Below are positions 18,231 to 27,787 of a stretch of 64,000 nucleotides of DNA, in pieces (position 1 is the first letter of the stretch; each line of letters starts with the position of its first letter). The DNA is taken from positions 15,762 through 79,761 of the forward strand of contig JBJTDB010000374.1 of NCBI GenBank assembly GCA_046092145.1, given 5' to 3'. The notes under the pieces are model-generated. The model did no database searches. It was not told the DNA's origin and worked only from the letters and a program-made list of their open reading frames with translations. A program made the translations under genes and the position numbers. The stretch comes from Planctomycetia bacterium. Its GTDB lineage: Bacteria > Planctomycetota > Planctomycetia > Pirellulales > UBA1268.

Positions 18231-19394
18231 ATGCAGAAGCATCATCCGACCGGCCGTTCACAACGCCCGAAGGCCCTGACCGTCTTCGCGGCCGCGTTCA
18301 TCGCCGGCGCCGCCGCGGCCGTGGGGATCAACCGAGCGCTCGACGTCCACATGGCGCAGGCGAAGACGCAGGTCGAATGCGAGCCGATCTTCGTCGCGAT
18401 TCGGCCGCTGCCACAGGGATCGCCCGTCACCATCTGGGATGTCGCGCTCCGCGACTGGCCCAAGGCGATGCTGCCGACCACGGCGCTACGGGCCGAAGAC
18501 CGGTTCGAGGGAATGATCCTCAAGCATCCGTTGCGGGAAGGCCAGCCGCTGTTGTCGGTGCAACTCGTGAAGGCTGAGCAGCCGCCTGCGGCAGGGCTCG
18601 CCGCGCAGGTCGGAGAGAGGTATGTGCCGGCCGCGATCCAGCCGCCGACGCGGCCCGACGCCGACCTCTGGACGCCGACCGCCACGCCCGGGGCCCCACC
18701 GGCGCCGCTGGCCGTGGCCGATGCCGTCGCCGCACCGACCGAGCAGATGGCGACATCACCCGTCGCCGCGCCAGCTGCCGCCATTCCGGCCGCCGAGCCG
18801 GCTTCGATCGCGACGCCTGACATCACGACCGACATCGCCGACGCCGCGCAGCCCCTGGAGACAGGCGTGACCGAGGCGACGGTGTCGGATCAGACTGATG
18901 CGGCGACGGCCGAACCGGCGGAGGTGACGGCGACGATTCCTCGGGCGGTGACGACCGAAAGCGATGCCACTGCCGACACGATACCGCCAACGACGCCGCC
19001 CCAGGCCGCCTCCCCCAAGCGATACCTGGTCGTGCCGGAGCGGATCGCGTCGCTCGCCGATGCCTCGTTCACGACGCCCGCTCCCAAAGAGCAGACCCCC
19101 GATGCCACGCCGCAGCAGCAGCCATCCCAGCCACGCGGCGGCACCGCCTCTGCCAAGAAGCCGAAATCGGTGCCCCCGGTCATGCAGGCGCCGACGAACC
19201 GGACGCGGGCCCAGGCGAGCCCGCCGCCGAAGCCCCAGGGCATGTTCGGCGGCATGTTCCCTCCGCCCCGGCTCGGCGCCCAGCCCGGCCCCACCAGCGA
19301 CGGCTCATCCGGGCAGTCGCGTCAGCCCCAGCCGGCGAAAAAGCCATCGCCCCGCACCGCGCTCTGGCCATGGTCGGCAGGCGGCTCGAAATAG
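18231..19394 (+). CDS. SAF-domain (CpaB/FlgA-like) protein with long P/A/T-rich tail
   Basis: An N-terminal TM segment (ALTVFAAAFIAGAAAAVGI) is followed by a SAF-like segment IFVAIRPLPQGSPVTIWDVALRDWP...LREGQPLL. About 270 aa of low-complexity P/A/T/Q sequence follow. Confidence 0.6.
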   Translation: MQKHHPTGRSQRPKALTVFAAAFIAGAAAAVGINRALDVHMAQAKTQVECEPIFVAIRPLPQGSPVTIWDVALRDWPKAMLPTTALRAEDRFEGMILKHPLREGQPLLSVQLVKAEQPPAAGLAAQVGERYVPAAIQPPTRPDADLWTPTATPGAPPAPLAVADAVAAPTEQMATSPVAAPAAAIPAAEPASIATPDITTDIADAAQPLETGVTEATVSDQTDAATAEPAEVTATIPRAVTTESDATADTIPPTTPPQAASPKRYLVVPERIASLADASFTTPAPKEQTPDATPQQQPSQPRGGTASAKKPKSVPPVMQAPTNRTRAQASPPPKPQGMFGGMFPPPRLGAQPGPTSDGSSGQSRQPQPAKKPSPRTALWPWSAGGSK

Positions 19395-19414
19395 GCAGCC
19401 GTTTCCGCCGACGC

Positions 19415-20410
19415 TCACGGCTCGATCACGAGTTTGCCGCCGACGGCGCCCGAGCGATGGATCGTGCTTGATTCCTGAAGCGCATGGGCCTCTGCCGTCG
19501 CGTCGAGCGGGAGCACCCGGTCGATCGGCACCCGCAGGCTGCCCGCCGCCATCCAGCGGTTGATGTCGATCGCGGCCGCCGCCTGCTCCTGGCTCGACGC
19601 CTTGAACATGACGAACCCGAAAAGCCGGCACTGCTTCACATAAAACGGTCCGACCGGAAAGGGGGGCCTCGCATCCCGGCCGGCCATCACCACCATGCGG
19701 CCGCGGTCACCGAGCATCTCGACGGCCTGGTCGAATGCCGGCTCGCGAAGCGTCTCCCAATAGACATGCACGCCCTCGGGAGCCGCCTCGCGCACCGATT
19801 GCAGCATGGCCGCCGGGTCATGGTAATCGAGCACCAGATCGGCTCCGAGCCGTCGAACCATCGCCCGTTTCTCATCGCTGCCCGCCGAGGCGATCACCCG
19901 AGCGCCGAGCGCCTTGGCGATCTGCACCACCGCCGTCCCCACGCCCCCCGAACCGCCGTTGACGAAGATCGTCTCGCCGCGTTCGAGCCGCGCGGTGCCG
20001 ACGTGTCCGAGGGGGGGGGTGATCGAGACGACCGCCGCCGCGGCCGCGTCGCGGTCGGTCACACCGTCGGGAATCGGGTAGAGCCACCGCTCGTCAACCG
20101 CGGCCAACTCGGCAAACGTCCCCTGCCGGCCAACGACGCCCTGGTTGGATCCCCAGACCCGCATTCCCGGACGCAGCCGATCGACATCCTTGCCGACGGC
20201 CACGACCTCACCGGCGAGGTCGCATCCCACGATGAAAGGAAAGCTGAGCGGCATCGCCACCGTGCCGGCTCGAACGTAGGTATCGATCGGGTTGACCGCG
20301 CAGGCCCGCACCCGCACCAAGGCCTCACGCGGTCCGGGCACGGGATCGGGAAGGGTGGCGACCGCGATCTCGTCCGGCGGCCCTGGCCGCCTGATGAATG
20401 CCGCCTTCAT
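19415..20410 (-). CDS. zinc-type alcohol dehydrogenase/quinone oxidoreductase family protein
   Basis: MDR-family layout with the nucleotide motif NGGSGGVGTAVVQIAKALGARV. ATG 20410 forms an ATGA overlap with the upstream gene. Confidence 0.85.
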   Translation of the reverse strand: MKAAFIRRPGPPDEIAVATLPDPVPGPREALVRVRACAVNPIDTYVRAGTVAMPLSFPFIVGCDLAGEVVAVGKDVDRLRPGMRVWGSNQGVVGRQGTFAELAAVDERWLYPIPDGVTDRDAAAAAVVSITPPLGHVGTARLERGETIFVNGGSGGVGTAVVQIAKALGARVIASAGSDEKRAMVRRLGADLVLDYHDPAAMLQSVREAAPEGVHVYWETLREPAFDQAVEMLGDRGRMVVMAGRDARPPFPVGPFYVKQCRLFGFVMFKASSQEQAAAAIDINRWMAAGSLRVPIDRVLPLDATAEAHALQESSTIHRSGAVGGKLVIEP

Positions 20411-20922
20411 GACCGCCTCGGACGTGACGATGCCCCGAGCGCGACCCCGACCAAGCCGACCGCGGCACCGACACCACCGATCAGGAGCAGCCCACGGGAA
20501 ACACCGCGGCGAAAATGGACGGTCTGTTGAAACCGCTTCTCCTCGGGCATCGGAGGCCTGGCCACGCCGGACTGCGAGAGCGACCTCCATGCATCGAGGA
20601 TCTGTTTGTCGGTGGCCTTCGACACGTTGTCGCGGATCACGTCGCCGCTGATCGGCGACTGTGGCGGAATCCCGATCGCCAAGGCCGCCACCCATGCCAG
20701 AAGGGCGGTCGCGCCGCCCGCCAGCATGCATGCGTGGGCCGGCCGCCATCCGCCTCGCGACACCGACTGTCCCTGATCGGCAGGCTGCAGCTGTCCAAAA
20801 TCCCGCAACTTCGGCACCGTGACCTCGCTGCCGCATGCCGAGCAGGCCACGGTCCCCCCAGCCTGCGCCGTACCGACCACGATTCGATGCGCGCATTCGC
20901 ATGGCAACAGAAACGTTCTCAT
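20407..20922 (-). CDS. zinc-ribbon membrane protein, unknown function
   Basis: CxC...CxxC ribbon (LPCECAHRIV...ACSACGSEV) followed by two hydrophobic segments. Start at MRTFLLP (20922). Confidence 0.5.
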   Translation of the reverse strand: MRTFLLPCECAHRIVVGTAQAGGTVACSACGSEVTVPKLRDFGQLQPADQGQSVSRGGWRPAHACMLAGGATALLAWVAALAIGIPPQSPISGDVIRDNVSKATDKQILDAWRSLSQSGVARPPMPEEKRFQQTVHFRRGVSRGLLLIGGVGAAVGLVGVALGASSRPRRS

Positions 20923-21037
20923 CGCGGGATCATCCACAGGGGTCGCGGCCAGAGGCCGCAGAAACACTTCCGCCGGAAGTTTTTACCATCAGCGGGCATT
21001 TTTTCGGAATTTTGGCCCATTCGAGAGTGAAAAAAAG

Positions 21038-21067
21038 TTGGCTTCCGGCCCGTTGTCGCGGCATAAT
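21038..21067 (+). promoter_or_regulatory. sigma70-like promoter upstream of rpoD
   Basis: TTGGCT-N18-CATAAT in a locally AT-richer patch preceded by an A-tract (gtgaaaaaaag). It lies about 280 nt upstream of the rpoD start. Confidence 0.4.
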
Positions 21068-21346
21068 CGTGGGCCCTCCGGAACCGAGCAATCGCCGCCG
21101 ATTCGTGCCCACACTCGTCTCCATGGTTCCCTCCTCTCCTCACCAGTCGACCGAAGGTGCCAACGCCCTCCGGAGCCCCCTCCCGGGGCTGCCGCAAGGC
21201 CCATCACCGGCAGGTTTTCTGGCCACTGGACTTGGTGGCGACTTGAATCACACTGTCGGCTCCCCGAATGATGCATCGGTGCCTGGAGGCGCCCCGCGGC
21301 CGTTGGCCGCACGGTTGTGTTCGTAGGATCCTGAAGGAGTTTTCCC

Positions 21347-22936
21347 TTGTACGACTCGCTGCTGGACGAACTCGAGGATGACGTTGTCTCCAACCCGCAG
21401 GAAGTTGAGGAACTGACCGAGAAGGTGGTCGATGCCGAGGAGGGCGATGTCGAACTCCTTGCCGACGAAACCGAGACGGTCGTGGTTCCGGAAGGCGAAC
21501 TCGAAGCCGAGGCCGAACTCGAAGCCAATGGTGACGGCGAGGAAGTGCTCGCCGAGCAGGTCGAGAACTGGTCCGACGACCCGGTCCGGATGTACCTCAC
21601 GCAGATGGGCGAGATCCCACTGCTCACACGCGCCCAGGAAATTTTCCTCGCCCGCCAGATCGAGACGACGCGAGCCCAGTTCCGTGCGAAGCTGCTGCAG
21701 TGCGAGTATGTCTGCCAGCAGGCCTTCAAGGTGCTCTCCCGGGTTCACCGTGGTGAGCTGCCGTTCGACCGCACCGTGCAGGTGTCGGTGACCGACCGGC
21801 TGGAGAAGGATCAGATCCTCGGCCGCCTCCCGCACAACCTGCGGACGCTCGAGGTGCTCCTTAAGCAGAACAAGGCCGACTATCGAATCGCGCTGTCCAA
21901 GAAGCGAAAGATGGCGGAGCGGCGCGAGGCATGGGCGCGGCTCGGCCGCCGCCGCCGCCGGTGCGTGCGGCTCATCGAAGAGCTCGGCCTCCGCACGCAG
22001 CGGATCGAGGCGATGATCCCCACGCTCGAAAGCTTCGTCGCCCGTCTTCGCGAGTTGAAGCACAAGATCGACGCCCACAAGCGGTCGAAGCAGCCGCCGT
22101 CCGGTCGGGCTCAGCTGGTCGATGAATACCGGGCCATCCTCAAGGCCTGCCAAGAGACGCCCCGCAGCCTGAAGCGGCGGATCGACGAGATCCGCGTCAT
22201 CTTCGCGAAGTATCAAAAGGCGAAGCGGGGGCTCTCCGAGGGCAACCTTCGGCTCGTGGTCTCGATCGCCAAGAAGTACCGCAATCGCGGCCTCTCCTTC
22301 CTCGATCTGATTCAGGAGGGCAATGCCGGCCTGATGCGGGCCGTGGACAAGTTCGAATACCGCCGCGGCTTCAAGTTCTGCACGTATGCCACCTGGTGGA
22401 TCCGACAGGCGATCACCCGCGCGGTGGCCGATCAGAGCCGCACGATCCGCATCCCGGTGCACATGGTGGAGACGATGTCGCGGGTGAGGAACGTCGCCCG
22501 CACGCTGCTCCAGGAATACGGCCGCGAGCCGACGATCGAGGAGATCGCCGCCCGGGCCGGCACGCCGGTGGACGAGACGCGACGGGTCACGGCGATGAGC
22601 CGCTACCCGATCAGCCTCGACCGCCCGGTGGGCAACAGTGAAGACAGCCACTTCGGCGACCTGCTCCCCGACACCGGCGCCGAGAACCCGGCCGTGGGTG
22701 CGGCCCAGGAGATGCTCCGGAACCGGATCGCGAAGGTGCTCAAGAGCCTTTCCTACCGCGAGCGCGAGATCATCAAGCTCCGCTACGGCCTCGGCGACGG
22801 CTACAGCTACACGCTCGAGGAAGTGGGGCACATCTTCAAGGTGACCCGCGAGCGGATCCGCCAGATCGAGGCGAAGGCCGTGCGAAAGCTCCAGGCCCCG
22901 GCCCGCAGCGAAGAGCTCAGCGGGTTCCTGGACTGA
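21347..22936 (+). CDS. rpoD: RNA polymerase primary sigma factor
   Basis: Regions 1.2-4.2 are recognisable ([63 protein letters not shown]). The start is TTG at 21347, 7 nt after GAAGGAG. An in-frame TAG at 21323 excludes any upstream start, and there is no ATG before conserved region 1.2. Confidence 0.95.
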   Translation: MYDSLLDELEDDVVSNPQEVEELTEKVVDAEEGDVELLADETETVVVPEGELEAEAELEANGDGEEVLAEQVENWSDDPVRMYLTQMGEIPLLTRAQEIFLARQIETTRAQFRAKLLQCEYVCQQAFKVLSRVHRGELPFDRTVQVSVTDRLEKDQILGRLPHNLRTLEVLLKQNKADYRIALSKKRKMAERREAWARLGRRRRRCVRLIEELGLRTQRIEAMIPTLESFVARLRELKHKIDAHKRSKQPPSGRAQLVDEYRAILKACQETPRSLKRRIDEIRVIFAKYQKAKRGLSEGNLRLVVSIAKKYRNRGLSFLDLIQEGNAGLMRAVDKFEYRRGFKFCTYATWWIRQAITRAVADQSRTIRIPVHMVETMSRVRNVARTLLQEYGREPTIEEIAARAGTPVDETRRVTAMSRYPISLDRPVGNSEDSHFGDLLPDTGAENPAVGAAQEMLRNRIAKVLKSLSYREREIIKLRYGLGDGYSYTLEEVGHIFKVTRERIRQIEAKAVRKLQAPARSEELSGFLD

Positions 22937-22942
22937 CTATAC

Positions 22943-23047
22943 GCCCGACGGGCCATCCATGGCCCCGTCGGGCTTGGCATCGGGCGAGCCTGCTCGCCCG
23001 ATGCGGCGGTCGCACCTCCGGGCGACCGTGGCCGCCTCGCGGCGGCG
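22943..23047 (+). repeat. family B multi-hairpin repeat, copy B1
   Basis: Four consecutive hairpins start 7 nt after the rpoD stop: cccgacggg..cccgtcggg around ccatccatgg, catcgggcgag-cctg-ctcgcccgatg, ggtcgc-acctccgg-gcgacc, and gccgcc-tcgc-ggcggc. Confidence 0.7.
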
Positions 23048-23110
23048 AAGATCGACACGGATCTACTTGAACATTGCGTGGACGCTGTGCATATGAACAA
23101 GGTCTAGGAA

Positions 23111-23243
23111 TGGGTTGCCCATGCCCCGGGAGCCGGCGTAGGTGGCCAGCGCAGCCCGGAGGGCGAGAGCGCAGCCACCTCCGAGAGAGCGGAGGGCAGG
23201 GATGCCCGCAGCGAACGTCCGGCGACGGGGCGTGGACAACCCC
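23111..23243 (+). repeat. family A structured repeat, copy A2 (133 bp)
   Basis: The termini gggttgcccatgccccg and cggggcgtggacaaccc pair with one T-G and one C-A mispair. Inner hairpins are aggtggc/gccacct and gggca/tgccc, and the conserved gagcgcag and gcgaacgtccggc blocks are present. Confidence 0.75.
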
Positions 23244-23303
23244 GGACCCGCGAAACGAGTTTTTATCAAGTGTGTGCCGTCTGAAACCACAAAGGAACTT
23301 CTC

Positions 23304-23831
23304 ATGCGTTTGCGTATCGCCTTCGTGATCGCTCTGGCGAGTCTTTGTCCTTGCGTCGCCGCGGAGCCGGGGGCGTTTGCCCGCACCACGATCGATCTCG
23401 GCGTGGTCGTGAGCGACCTCGAGAAGTCGGCCCGGTTCTACACCGACGTCGTCGGCTTCACGGAAGTGCCGGGCTTCAGCGTGCCGGGCCCGGTGGCGGC
23501 CGATGCCGGGCTCACCAATGGGCTGTCGCTCACCGTCCGCGCCTTCGTGCTTGGCGACGGCCCGGAGGCCACGAAGATCAAGCTCATGCAACTGGCAGAC
23601 CCTGCCCAGCGCACCGGCGACAACCAGTTCATCCACTCGCACACCGGCTTCCGCTACCTGACGATCATCGTCAAGGACATGAAGGCCTCGGTGGCGCGGC
23701 TGGAAAAGGCGGGCGTGAAGCCGCTGATGAAGTCGCCGGTGGACATTCCGGAAACGACCGTCCCCGGCGGTCTCAAGCTCACCTGCTTCCGCGATCCCGA
23801 CGGCAACATCATCGAGTTCGTGGGGAAGTAA
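23304..23831 (+). CDS. secreted VOC/glyoxalase-family protein
   Basis: Signal peptide MRLRIAFVIALASLCPCVAA, then a glyoxalase-like fold pattern (IDLGVVVSDLEKSARFYTDVVGF ... FRDPDGNIIEFV). Confidence 0.75.
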   Translation: MRLRIAFVIALASLCPCVAAEPGAFARTTIDLGVVVSDLEKSARFYTDVVGFTEVPGFSVPGPVAADAGLTNGLSLTVRAFVLGDGPEATKIKLMQLADPAQRTGDNQFIHSHTGFRYLTIIVKDMKASVARLEKAGVKPLMKSPVDIPETTVPGGLKLTCFRDPDGNIIEFVGK

Positions 23832-24519
23832 CTCCCCGCGGAATCATGCCGGCTTGCTCCAGCCAGCCGATCACCTGATCGGCGAGCACGTCGGGAGGCG
23901 TCGAGGCCGAGTCGAGCACGATCTCCGGATGGAGCGGCTCCTCGTAGGGATCGTCGATCCCCGTGAAACCCTTGATCTCGCCGGCACGGGCTTTCTTGTA
24001 GAGCCCCTTCGGATCGCGACCCTCGCAGACGTCCAGCGGCGCCTTCACGTGGATCTCGACGAAGTCGCCGGCGGGAAGCATCGCCCGCACGGCGTCACGG
24101 TCGCGACGGTAGGGGCTGATGAAGGCCGTGAGCGTGACGATGCCGGCCTGGGCGAAGAGTTCGGCCACGGCGCCGATCCTGCGGATGTTCTCCTCGCGGT
24201 CCTCCGGCCCGAATCCGAGGCCGAACCGCGCGGCGAAGCCGGCCCCGTGCCGCGGCTCCAGGATGGCTGGGGAGGCATTGAGCCCGTGCCGCACGTTATC
24301 CCCGTCGAGGATGAACGTCCTGCAGCCGCGGTCGTGGAGCCTGCGATCGACGAGGTTGGCAAGCGTGCTCTTGCCGCAGCCCGAAAGCCCGGTGAACCAG
24401 AGCACGCAGCCCTTGTGCCCGGCGGCCTTCTCCCGATCCGCGCGGCTCACGGCATGGGTATGCCACCGCACATCGACCAGCTCGCCCGTCCGCTGTTCGC
24501 CTGCCATCCGTTTCTCCAT
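23809..24519 (-). CDS. cysC: adenylyl-sulfate kinase
   Basis: P-loop FTGLSGCGKSTLA with ILDGDNVRHGLN and FISPYRRDR motifs. Start candidates are ATG 24507, 24519 and 24525; 24519 overlaps the upstream stop by 1 nt. Confidence 0.88.
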   Translation of the reverse strand: MEKRMAGEQRTGELVDVRWHTHAVSRADREKAAGHKGCVLWFTGLSGCGKSTLANLVDRRLHDRGCRTFILDGDNVRHGLNASPAILEPRHGAGFAARFGLGFGPEDREENIRRIGAVAELFAQAGIVTLTAFISPYRRDRDAVRAMLPAGDFVEIHVKAPLDVCEGRDPKGLYKKARAGEIKGFTGIDDPYEEPLHPEIVLDSASTPPDVLADQVIGWLEQAGMIPRGVTSPRTR

Positions 24520-25496
24520 CACCATCCGTCCAATTCGATCGTGCGCACGAACCGCTCCTGCGGACCGGCCGGCGGGCCACGGCTGACTTCCAGTTCCAGC
24601 TTCTCGCCGGGGCCCTTCGCGCCGATCCGGTCGGTCAGCTCCTGGAAGTTCGCCACGTCGGTGCCATCGACCTTCGTGATGATGTCGCCCACCTGCACGC
24701 CCGCCTTGTCGGCGGCCGAATCGGGCTGAACCATCGTGATGAGGCATGGCCCGATGGTCGGTTGCCCGCCCACGCCGAGTTTGCCGCCTCTCCGCCACTC
24801 GACCTTCGTGTCGGTCAGTTTGGCGGTGAGGGCCGCCACCTGCTTTCCATCGACGCCCGTGCCGTACAGCTCGACACGGGTCACCTGCCGCAGCCTGCCG
24901 AGGATGGCGAGGTCTGCATCGCCGATCTTCACGCCATGGAGGCTGACGACCGCGATGCCGGGCACCCGCAGGAGCAGCCGCAGGTCGTCGGTCGTACCCC
25001 GCCAGGCGGCGGAGAATTTCGCATGCCATCCCTGCTGGCCTGTCACGGCGAGCGCCCGAACGAATTCCATCCCGAGCGACTGCAGCTTCTCGCGAGCGTC
25101 GTCGGCCATGCCGAGGACATGGAAGTCGAGCGTGTCGCCGGCGAGGCGGGCGGCGGCCGGGTCGTCCCCCTCGGCGACCGATTCCAGGAATCGCTCGGCC
25201 TCGGCCGATGCCTCGGCGTCGGCTCCTCCGAGGATGCCTCGCGCCACCTCGATGGCCCGGCTGCTCACCTCCAGGTCGCCCCGGCGCATGGCCTCGCGGA
25301 GCGAGGGCAGCGATGCCACACCGGCCTCCACGAGGCTGCGGGTGGCGGCTTCCCGCTGCGAAAACTGCGGTGCCCCGAGGGCATCGATCCAGGCCGCGAT
25401 CTGCTCGGCGGAGGGGGGCTCGTCCGCCATCGACGCGCCGGCCCATGCGGCCGCGAACGCCGCAAAGGAGACGACACGATGGATCGTAGCGGTCAC
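24519..25496 (-). CDS. secreted PDZ-domain protein
   Basis: C-terminal PDZ segment ([24 protein letters not shown]). The start is GTG at 25496, 7 nt after GAGGAGG, which gives a signal peptide [21 protein letters not shown]. Confidence 0.65.
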   Translation of the reverse strand: MTATIHRVVSFAAFAAAWAGASMADEPPSAEQIAAWIDALGAPQFSQREAATRSLVEAGVASLPSLREAMRRGDLEVSSRAIEVARGILGGADAEASAEAERFLESVAEGDDPAAARLAGDTLDFHVLGMADDAREKLQSLGMEFVRALAVTGQQGWHAKFSAAWRGTTDDLRLLLRVPGIAVVSLHGVKIGDADLAILGRLRQVTRVELYGTGVDGKQVAALTAKLTDTKVEWRRGGKLGVGGQPTIGPCLITMVQPDSAADKAGVQVGDIITKVDGTDVANFQELTDRIGAKGPGEKLELEVSRGPPAGPQERFVRTIELDGW

Positions 25497-25600
25497 GCAG
25501 GAACCTCCTCGTGGCGAATGTCCCGAATATACCAATGGCGGGCCAGTGCAATTTCCCGCGGGTACACTCCGAAGAGAAGCCCCGCCCCTGGCTCGAGCCG

Positions 25601-27589
25601 ATGTCCCTGCACCTGCCACACGACCGTTCGCCGCGCCCTCCCCTTCCGGCCACCCGTGAGGAAATGCTCGCCCGCGGCTGGAACGAGGTCGATGTCGTCT
25701 TCGTCAGTGGGGATGCCTACGTCGATCACCCGAGCTTCGCCAACGGCCTCCTCGCCAGGCTCCTGGAGGCTGCCGGCTTCCGCGTGGCCGTGCTCGCCCA
25801 GCCCGACTGGCATTCCTGCGAGCCATGGCGACAGTTCGGCCGGCCGCGGCTCTTCTTCGGCGTGTCGGCCGGCAACATGGACTCGATGATCAACCACTAC
25901 ACCGCCAACCGGAAGGTGCGGAACGACGACGCCTATTCCCCCAACGGCGAGATCGGCCGACGGCCCGACCGCGCCACGCTCGCCTACTGCCAGCGTTCGC
26001 GGGAGGCGTTTGCGGGCGTGCCCGTCGTCGCCGGCGGCGTCGAGGCGAGTCTCCGGCGACTGGCCCACTACGACTACTGGAGCGATACCGTCCGCCGCTC
26101 GATCCTGATGGATTCGAAGGCCGATCTGGTCGTCTTCGGCATGGGCGAGCGGACGATCCTTGAAATCGCCCGCGGCCTCGCGGCGGGCAAGACGATCAAG
26201 GATCTCCGCGATCTGCGGGGCGTCGCCTACCGGCTCGGCGCGAGCGAGCCGCCACCGACCGGCCCGGGGGGCGACGCGGCCGACACGGTGGAACTGCCCG
26301 ACTACGAATCCGTGTCGCACGACACCCTCGCCTTCTGCGACATGACGCGGATCGCGCATCTGGAGACGAATCCCCACAACGCCAGGCGGCTCGTCCAGCG
26401 GCACGGCCGCGAATCGATCGTCGTGAATCCCCCCGCCCTGCCCCTCGAGCAGGACGAGATGGACGAGGTCTACGGTCTGCCATTCACGCGGCGTCCGCAT
26501 CCCTCCTACGGCACGGCCCGCATTCCCGCCTTCGAGGTCGTGGAAACGAGCGTGCAGATCATGCGGGGCTGCTTCGGCGGCTGCACCTTCTGCTCGATCA
26601 CGGCCCACGAGGGGCGGATCATCCAGAGCCGCAGCCAGGATTCGATCATCACCGAAATCAAACTTCTGGCGGGCCAGCCAGGATTCAAGGGCACGGTGTC
26701 GGACATCGGCGGCCCGACGGCCAACATGTATCAGATGCGGTGCACGCGGCCGGATGTGGAGGCCAAATGCCGCCGGCTCTCCTGCGTGCATCCGACCGTC
26801 TGCAAGCTGCTGGGCACCGATCACGGGCCGCTCAAGAGCCTGATGCGAGAGGCCCGAAGTGTGGAGGGCGTGAAGCGGGTGCTCGTCGCCAGCGGGGTGC
26901 GCATGGATCTGGCCCGCCGCGATCCGGAGTATCTCCAGGAACTCGCCGAGCACCATGTCGGTGGTCATCTCAAGGTCGCACCCGAGCACACCGATCCCGA
27001 GGTCTTGAACCTGATGAAAAAGCCGTCAGCCGACGACTATGTCGAGTTCGACAAGGCCTTCAAGGCGGCCAGCCGCCGCGTCGGCAAGAAGCAGTTCACG
27101 GTCCCCTATTTCATCGCCAGCCACCCCGGAAGCGGTGTTGAGGAGATGATCGATCTGGCCCTCTTCCTCAAGCGCAACAGCTACAAGCCCGACCAGGTGC
27201 AGGACTTCATCCCGAGCCCCTTCGACATCGCCGCCTGCATGTATTACACGGGCCTCGACCCGATGACGAAGCAGCCGGTGAAGGTGACCAAGGGCCTGAA
27301 GGATCGGCGGATGCAGCGGGCCCTGCTCCAGTTCTTCAAGCCGGAAAACTATTTCGAGGTCCGACGGGCGCTCGAGCAGGCGGGTCGCCACGACTTGATC
27401 GGCAGCGGCTGCGATTGCCTGATCCCCGACCGTCCGCCGAAGGAGGCGCTCGACAAAAAGCGCCGCGAAGCCACGCAGGCCTTCACGGAAGAGACGTCGG
27501 GCGACCACATCCGCGGCAAGCCCGGCAGCCGCAAGCAACGCCGCCCCCGCACATCGATCGGCTACCGGCCAAGACGTCCCGGCACGTGA
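25601..27589 (+). CDS. ygiQ: YgiQ-family radical SAM protein (UPF0313)
   Basis: N-terminus [16 protein letters not shown], radical-SAM cluster motif [12 protein letters not shown], and a basic C-terminal tail. Start at ATG 25601. Confidence 0.88.
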   Translation: MSLHLPHDRSPRPPLPATREEMLARGWNEVDVVFVSGDAYVDHPSFANGLLARLLEAAGFRVAVLAQPDWHSCEPWRQFGRPRLFFGVSAGNMDSMINHYTANRKVRNDDAYSPNGEIGRRPDRATLAYCQRSREAFAGVPVVAGGVEASLRRLAHYDYWSDTVRRSILMDSKADLVVFGMGERTILEIARGLAAGKTIKDLRDLRGVAYRLGASEPPPTGPGGDAADTVELPDYESVSHDTLAFCDMTRIAHLETNPHNARRLVQRHGRESIVVNPPALPLEQDEMDEVYGLPFTRRPHPSYGTARIPAFEVVETSVQIMRGCFGGCTFCSITAHEGRIIQSRSQDSIITEIKLLAGQPGFKGTVSDIGGPTANMYQMRCTRPDVEAKCRRLSCVHPTVCKLLGTDHGPLKSLMREARSVEGVKRVLVASGVRMDLARRDPEYLQELAEHHVGGHLKVAPEHTDPEVLNLMKKPSADDYVEFDKAFKAASRRVGKKQFTVPYFIASHPGSGVEEMIDLALFLKRNSYKPDQVQDFIPSPFDIAACMYYTGLDPMTKQPVKVTKGLKDRRMQRALLQFFKPENYFEVRRALEQAGRHDLIGSGCDCLIPDRPPKEALDKKRREATQAFTEETSGDHIRGKPGSRKQRRPRTSIGYRPRRPGT

Positions 27590-27627
27590 TCACCGCGTAT
27601 CACGGAATCCTTCCCAGAAAACCGCGA

Positions 27628-27758
27628 GGGGTTGCCCGTGCCATGGAGCCGGCGTTGCGGGCAAGTGAAGCCATGGATGGCGAGAACGCAGCCAGCATCG
27701 AGTGTGCGAAGGCCTGGTAGGGCGAAGCAAACGTCCGGCGAATGGCACGGGCAACCCC
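27628..27758 (+). repeat. family A structured repeat, copy A3 (131 bp)
   Basis: The termini ggggttgcccgtgccat and atggcacgggcaacccc are perfect inverse complements. The core is about 85 percent identical to copy A4. The element lies between the convergent ygiQ and GNAT genes. Confidence 0.8.
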
Positions 27759-27787
27759 GAGCCACTCCATCGACTCCGAACCGCGGC

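Noticed and set aside
21248-22831. 527-aa minus-strand ORF opposite rpoD
   Set aside because: Antisense shadow of a gene with full sigma70 region conservation.
23809-25653. 614-aa minus-strand ORF suggesting a large CysC fusion protein
   Set aside because: Only the last ~236 aa match APS kinase. The upstream part is R/G-rich and out of frame with the PDZ protein, which has an SD-supported GTG start.
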